Below are positions 58,835-64,000 of a DNA stretch of 64,000 nt, piece by piece. How positions within the stretch are numbered: the stretch's first letter is position 1; the number at the start of each line of letters is the position of its first letter. The notes beneath the pieces were generated by a model, which was not told where the DNA came from, searched no databases, and worked only from the letters and a program-made list of their open reading frames with translations. A program made the position numbers and the translations under genes. Origin of the DNA: Octopus bimaculoides (lineage: Eukaryota); the NCBI RefSeq assembly GCF_001194135.2, contig NC_069003.1, forward strand, positions 33,070,697 through 33,134,696, given 5' to 3'.

Positions 58835-58873
<39 letters not shown>

Positions 58874-61800
58874 CCTATTATAGGTAGAAAGCCTGAAATT
58901 TTCGTGGGGGTGGGTGGAGGGGGTAAGTTGATTGCATTGATTTCAGTGCTCAACTGATCCTTGTTTTATCAAGCCTAAAAGGATGAAAGGCAAAGTTGAC
59001 CTTGGTGGAATTTGAACTCAGAATGTAAGACATTAAATAATGTTAAGCATTTTGCCTGACATGCTAATGCTTCTGCCAGTTCATCACCATTATAATAATA
59101 ATAATAATAATTCTTTCTCCTGAAAGTACAAGGCCTCAAATTTGGGGGAAGGGATTAAGTCGATTACACCGACCCCAGTGCATAACTGGTACTTAATTTA
59201 TTGACCCCAGCGGCATTTGAACTTAGAACGTGAAGACAGACAATAAATCAGAGACATAAAAATAAATAAAACCTGAAGACTCACTGTTTTCTGTGAAGAT
59301 TTCCTCACCGTCTGACTTTTTCTTCTTTTTAATTTCTGAGAAGTCAATCCCACCAAATATTGAAACTCCACCAATGGGCTTCCGGACAGAGGTTTGTTGT
59401 ATAGTTTCTGTCTAAAATAATAGAAAATATCACATGGAGACAAACAAGCATTACATGGAGATGTCACATGGAGACAACTATCAGAAATGTTTAAATCAAG
59501 TATACGTTTTCTCTCCCTCCTCCACTTCATAAGTGAACTTAGTTTCAGACATCTGAACAGTTGGGCCTCCAGATTGAATGATGTATATTTTATGATGGCA
59601 GAGAAAAAGATCTGTGGCATTTATTCTGGAGTCAACTCGGGCTTTGTGCCTATAGTAGAAAGGATTATTGAACACTCCAAGCAGATTCCAGAATAGATCT
59701 AATTTGGAAGGTACCAAGATGCATTTGGTCAGGATATATATCATCATCATCATCATCGTTTAACGTCCGCTTTCCATGCTTGCATGGGCTGGACGATTTG
59801 ACTGAGGACTGGTGAAACCAGATGGCTGCACCAGGCTCCAATCTGATCTGGCAGAGTTTCTACGGCTGGATGCCCTTCCTAACGCCAACCACTCGTAACC
59901 ATGCTTGGTATTACTGTATTACTACAAGGATTGTTTTGAGTTAAAAGACAAATGAATGAGAGCATTGTGTTTTTATGACAGAAGAATGGAGGAATGGCAA
60001 TTATCCATAGACCAGAGGCCTGATTAGATAACTTCAATGGATTGGATTTAATTAAAGATACTGAAAGACCAGGTAGCAGTATTAAACCAGGTGTTAAGAT
60101 CATGTTCATACTGACAAAAGAGATAGAAAACTCCCTTCAAAAGGCTTCCATGCAGTTTCCATTAACAAATTTCACTGAAAAGGCATTGGTTTACCCAAGG
60201 TTAAAGACATTTGCCCAAAAAGCTGCTCAGATAAATAATACAAAGAAATAGAAAACTCCCTTCGAAGGGCTTCCACACAGTTCCCATTAACAAATTTCAC
60301 TGAAAAGGCATCAGTTTACCCAAGGTTTAAGACATTTGCCCAAAACGCTGCTCAGATAAATAATACAATAAGAACAAACGGAAGAGATGTAACAAAACAT
60401 TTTCTTACTATTTTAATGCTACTCTTCTCCACTGATGTGGAACCATCGTCTGCAAATAAATCAGAACTGGATTCCTTTCGTTCTGAAGTTTCTTGCTCAT
60501 TCTGAAATAGTAAAAATGGATTGGTTTTGACAAAAGGAAAGACCAGATTATTTTCTTTAATTTTTTTAGCATTTGGATTCCTCTGTCAAATGAAATGCTT
60601 ATTTATTGACATCCAACATTATCATCGTTTAATGTCTGCTTTCCATGATAGCATGGGTTGGACGGTTTGACTGAGGACTGGCAGGAGAGATAAAAAGATG
60701 GATGGATAACTTATCTAGGACACAGATCTTTCACTTTTGAAAGAAATTGTAAAATCAAAAAATAAACAAAGAAACGGTGTGTTTCAATACTATTTACCTT
60801 CTTTGATGCCAAGGGTCCTTGGGAGCTGAACAGGTCAACCGTTGGATTTTCTTCAGAAGATCTAAACAAAATGTCTTCATCTTCAAATAGTGATTTAGTT
60901 CGAACTTTAGTCTGGGAAGGAGAAAAAATAAAAGGAAAGGGAAATGGATGATTAAAGAGTAACGAATAAATACCTAATTGTATAAACAGATGGACAGGAC
61001 ATGGATGGATTGACTGATGGTTATAGACAGAGAGACAGAGACAAGTGAGTGAGGGATAGATTGCTAGATAGATAAATGGCTGGCAGAAGAGATAAAAAGA
61101 TGGATGGATAAATAGAAAAAGCAGAATAGACAAAGAGTAAAATAGAAGGGGAGCTGTAGAAAAAGTTAACTAGAAGGAAGAAAGAAAATGACTGAATTCT
61201 CATAACATTCAACAACAGAATACAAAATGAAGGTTTTTGGAAGAACACACATATAGCCACACACATATACATAAAGAAGTTCAAATAGAAACACATACAC
61301 AGATATAAAAATACAATAGCATACACACATACAAATCATACTCACATACATTGCTGTTTAGTTAAAGTTCTGGAGTTGAGAGAGAGAGTGAGAAAATGAA
61401 GCAGTAATTGGGTTTAGTTGATTAAAAAAAAAACCAAAACAATCCCATGATGCATTGTAAGAACAGTAGTATTCCAATTGTGACATCACCAATTGAACTT
61501 AAGTGACTGATGATTGGAAGTGGAAAGGTAGACAAAGAGAAAGTTAGTGATTATTGTTACACATTAACCTGCCTTGAGCCCCATTTGGGGATCTGCTAGA
61601 AACAGTCTCACTGTTGGTTGGTTGGTTGTATTTAAAGTGAATTGCTTATATACATTGCATTTGCAGAGGTGTTTAATAATATTTAGTAATTAAAGTTTGT
61701 CATTATTAGCTCTGGCTAATTTTAGAGGACATTTTATGCCATAAATTGCAATTTTTAAACTACAAAAATATTGACTGTTTTGAAAACTTTTTTTTTTCTT

Positions 61801-63353
61801 TGTGCATTTCCCATTTATATCATTCTTTGATATTTCATACACATTCGCATTTGATACTATAGTTTCCAAAAAACTAAAATGTTTATTATTGCAATTGAAT
61901 AGAAAAGGATAAATATGCTTTTTTCCAGTGATTCCCATTTGGGACTTTTTGGAAAATTTATCATAATTTCCAAATTAATTCACATATGAAGAAAATTTAA
62001 ATACTATATATTATAAAATTTGGTAGAAACAAACTGCGTGGAAGCACATTAGAGGGATTGTTCCTGTTTTGGGGATTGCTGCCCAGTTTAACATCATCAT
62101 CTGGCTCTTTTTGGGTGCTTTTGGCAGAGTCTGAGAGTAACTCTCTCTCTCTCTCTCTCTTTCTTCGTCCCATCCAGTCACAGTTCAGGGACTGAGCCCT
62201 TCTCTCTTCTTGGCTAAGCCATTAAAAAAATAAATACGTACTGTCGACACCACAGTTGTTGTTTTACTACTGTAAGAACTTCCAGGTGTGGATGTGGTAG
62301 TAGCAGCAGTAGTACTACTGTCTGAAGACTGCGAAGAAGGTGATGGCTTGGACACAGAGTTGAAAAAATCATCATCCTCATCCTCATCATTATCAAAGAG
62401 AGACAATGTCGTAGACTTTCTTGCAGGAGCTGGTGCCGGCTCATCTGGCTTCTCTTCTTTCTGGGAACAGGAACAAGAATGAATGGGATCAATACAGAAA
62501 TCAATACATCAACAATAAAGAAATGCTTAACCCTTTCGTTACCGTATCTATTTTGAGATGCTTTGGGTTTCTTTCAATTACTTTAAATATAACAAAGAAT
62601 TTAGTCAAAGAACTGTCATTCAGCTGGTGTCAGGAACATAAGTTGTGACTAAGGTTTGGTGGATGGTTTTAATTCAGAACTTTATTTGTTTCAGTCATTT
62701 GACTGTAGCCATGCTGGAGCACCACCTTGAAGGATTTATTCTATTGGTCTCATTCATGAACCGCTAAGTTACGGGAACGTAAAGACATCAACACAGGTTG
62801 TCAAACGGTGATGCAGGTGGAGACAAGTACAGACAAACACATAGATATATTGCATTATTATTATTATCATTATTATTATTATTATTATTATTAATATTAT
62901 CATGTACAAGTATGTGTGTATTCATCGTTATTTTATTCAGTTTTAGAAAAATTGTAGCATGTCTTTAACAATTCTGGAGCATATTGAACTTATTTTGTGC
63001 TTGACCTTTGGCCCGCCCAATACACACACACACAGATGTAATTATTCAAAGGCAAAGACAGTGACGCCTATCTGGGTAGTGTTGCATCTGTTATGACACA
63101 CCGCTTACCTAGTCACCTGGATTAAATTACTAACAGAGACGCCATCAAGAAATGCCTTTTGCATATCATTGTTTACACACACACACACACATACATACCA
63201 CATGCACGCACATACGTGAATAAATTATTTTTTGAAGAAGACTTCAGGTTTAAGAGAAGAACACTGACCTTTTTGTCTTTTGCGAGAAGTTTGCTTGAGA
63301 ATAAATCTGTACCTCCAAATATGGACACACCGCCAACTGGCTTCTTCTTCACG
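51468..63353 (-). CDS. WASHC2: WASH complex subunit 2 (FAM21), 3' part; 5' exons outside window
   Basis: Exons (minus): 63269-63353, 62242-62460, 60798-60911, 60409-60501, 59285-59411, 58371-58453, [56646-56681 candidate microexon], 55751-55858, 53905-54547, 52953-53017, 52230-52395, 51468-51670, all phase-consistent. There are many LFa-type repeats (SLFEDEDILF, IFDDDDSDIFAD, IFEDDTDIFAD), a CapZ-interaction (CPI)-like motif LESATKKRARIQLKRRPPTR, and a C-terminal LFDDPLN like human IFDDPLN. Confidence 0.92.
56646..56681 (-). CDS. WASHC2: Candidate 36-nt in-frame microexon of WASHC2 (SDLTDGLYTEPD)
   Basis: Long U-rich tract plus TGACAG acceptor, and a GAT|GTAAGT donor. It is phase 0/0 within a phase-0 intron and contains no stop. 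Confidence 0.65.
60123..60373. repeat. ~125-bp tandem duplication in WASHC2 intron
   Basis: ATAGAAAACTCCCTTC...GCTGCTCAGATAAATAATACAA occurs twice back to back with few substitutions. Confidence 0.9.
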
Positions 63354-64000
63354 CTGCAAGAGATGGCAGATACAAGTTCAGTCAAGTGTGTATGTGTATG
63401 TGTGCGTGTGTGAATGTGTAGATGGTTATAATTCCAATCAGTGAGTCTCAAGGACGCAATTAACAAAAAAAAAAAACCTCTAAGATAACATAAAATTTAC
63501 CTATATTTGTTTCTTCGTGTGTGTGTGTGTGTGTAGGGTATTATGAGAGGATGAAAAGAAGATTTTATGTCAGGGACAAACAGGAGTATTGCTATGGAGA
63601 AGATACATGGCTACCTCACATTTATATAATGGCAGGTAGCTTGTGCTATCCTGATGAGGTCTAATACATTGAAACATGTCCCCCACCCAATTCTTCTTTC
63701 ATTGTAAGGGATGAAAATCAAGGTATGAGCCATGCAGTTAGTGTTCCATTAAATCTCACATCAATCACACTTCTGGCCTTGTATAGTCATTATTAATGGC
63801 CTGACCTTCTTAGACAAGACACACAACTACCTACAAACACATCAACATTTCTCTCATCATCAGTATAATGATCGTTAATAGCTTGAATTTAAACAAGACG
63901 CACTTCTAGATCAGATATATCAATAATTGTTAATGACTAGATCTTAGACAAGACATATTACTGTACTTTATAGAACTAAATTCAAACCAAGTTGTCGAAA

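Overview
AT-rich, microsatellite- and SINE-rich eukaryotic genomic DNA with six N gaps. It is most likely a coleoid cephalopod such as Octopus, inferred from the repeat landscape and metazoan intron positions and not proven here. I reconstructed five intron-containing genes by hand with phase-consistent splice sites. SNX29 (+) has 17 exons visible, with its 5' end outside the window and its terminal exon not found. BLOC1S5/Muted (+) is complete at 142 aa and is absent from the ORF track as a coherent protein. PSMD14/Rpn11 (-) is complete at 311 aa and TCP1/CCT-alpha (+) is complete at 550 aa. WASHC2/FAM21 (-) is represented by its 3' part only. The most notable observations are a textbook U12-type intron in TCP1, a 36-nt in-frame microexon candidate and a 24-nt stop-containing microexon candidate in WASHC2, and proteostasis-type motifs (HSE, ARE-like) at the divergent PSMD14/TCP1 pair. 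Repeat-related observations include CpG retention in copies near promoters versus decay in gene bodies, several TTAA piggyBac-like MITE families, a MER1-like hAT MITE, an LTR-end/tRNA-Ser PBS mini-relic, and RTE LINE 3' fragments. I found no prokaryotic-type system such as CRISPR and no new multi-gene biochemical system.
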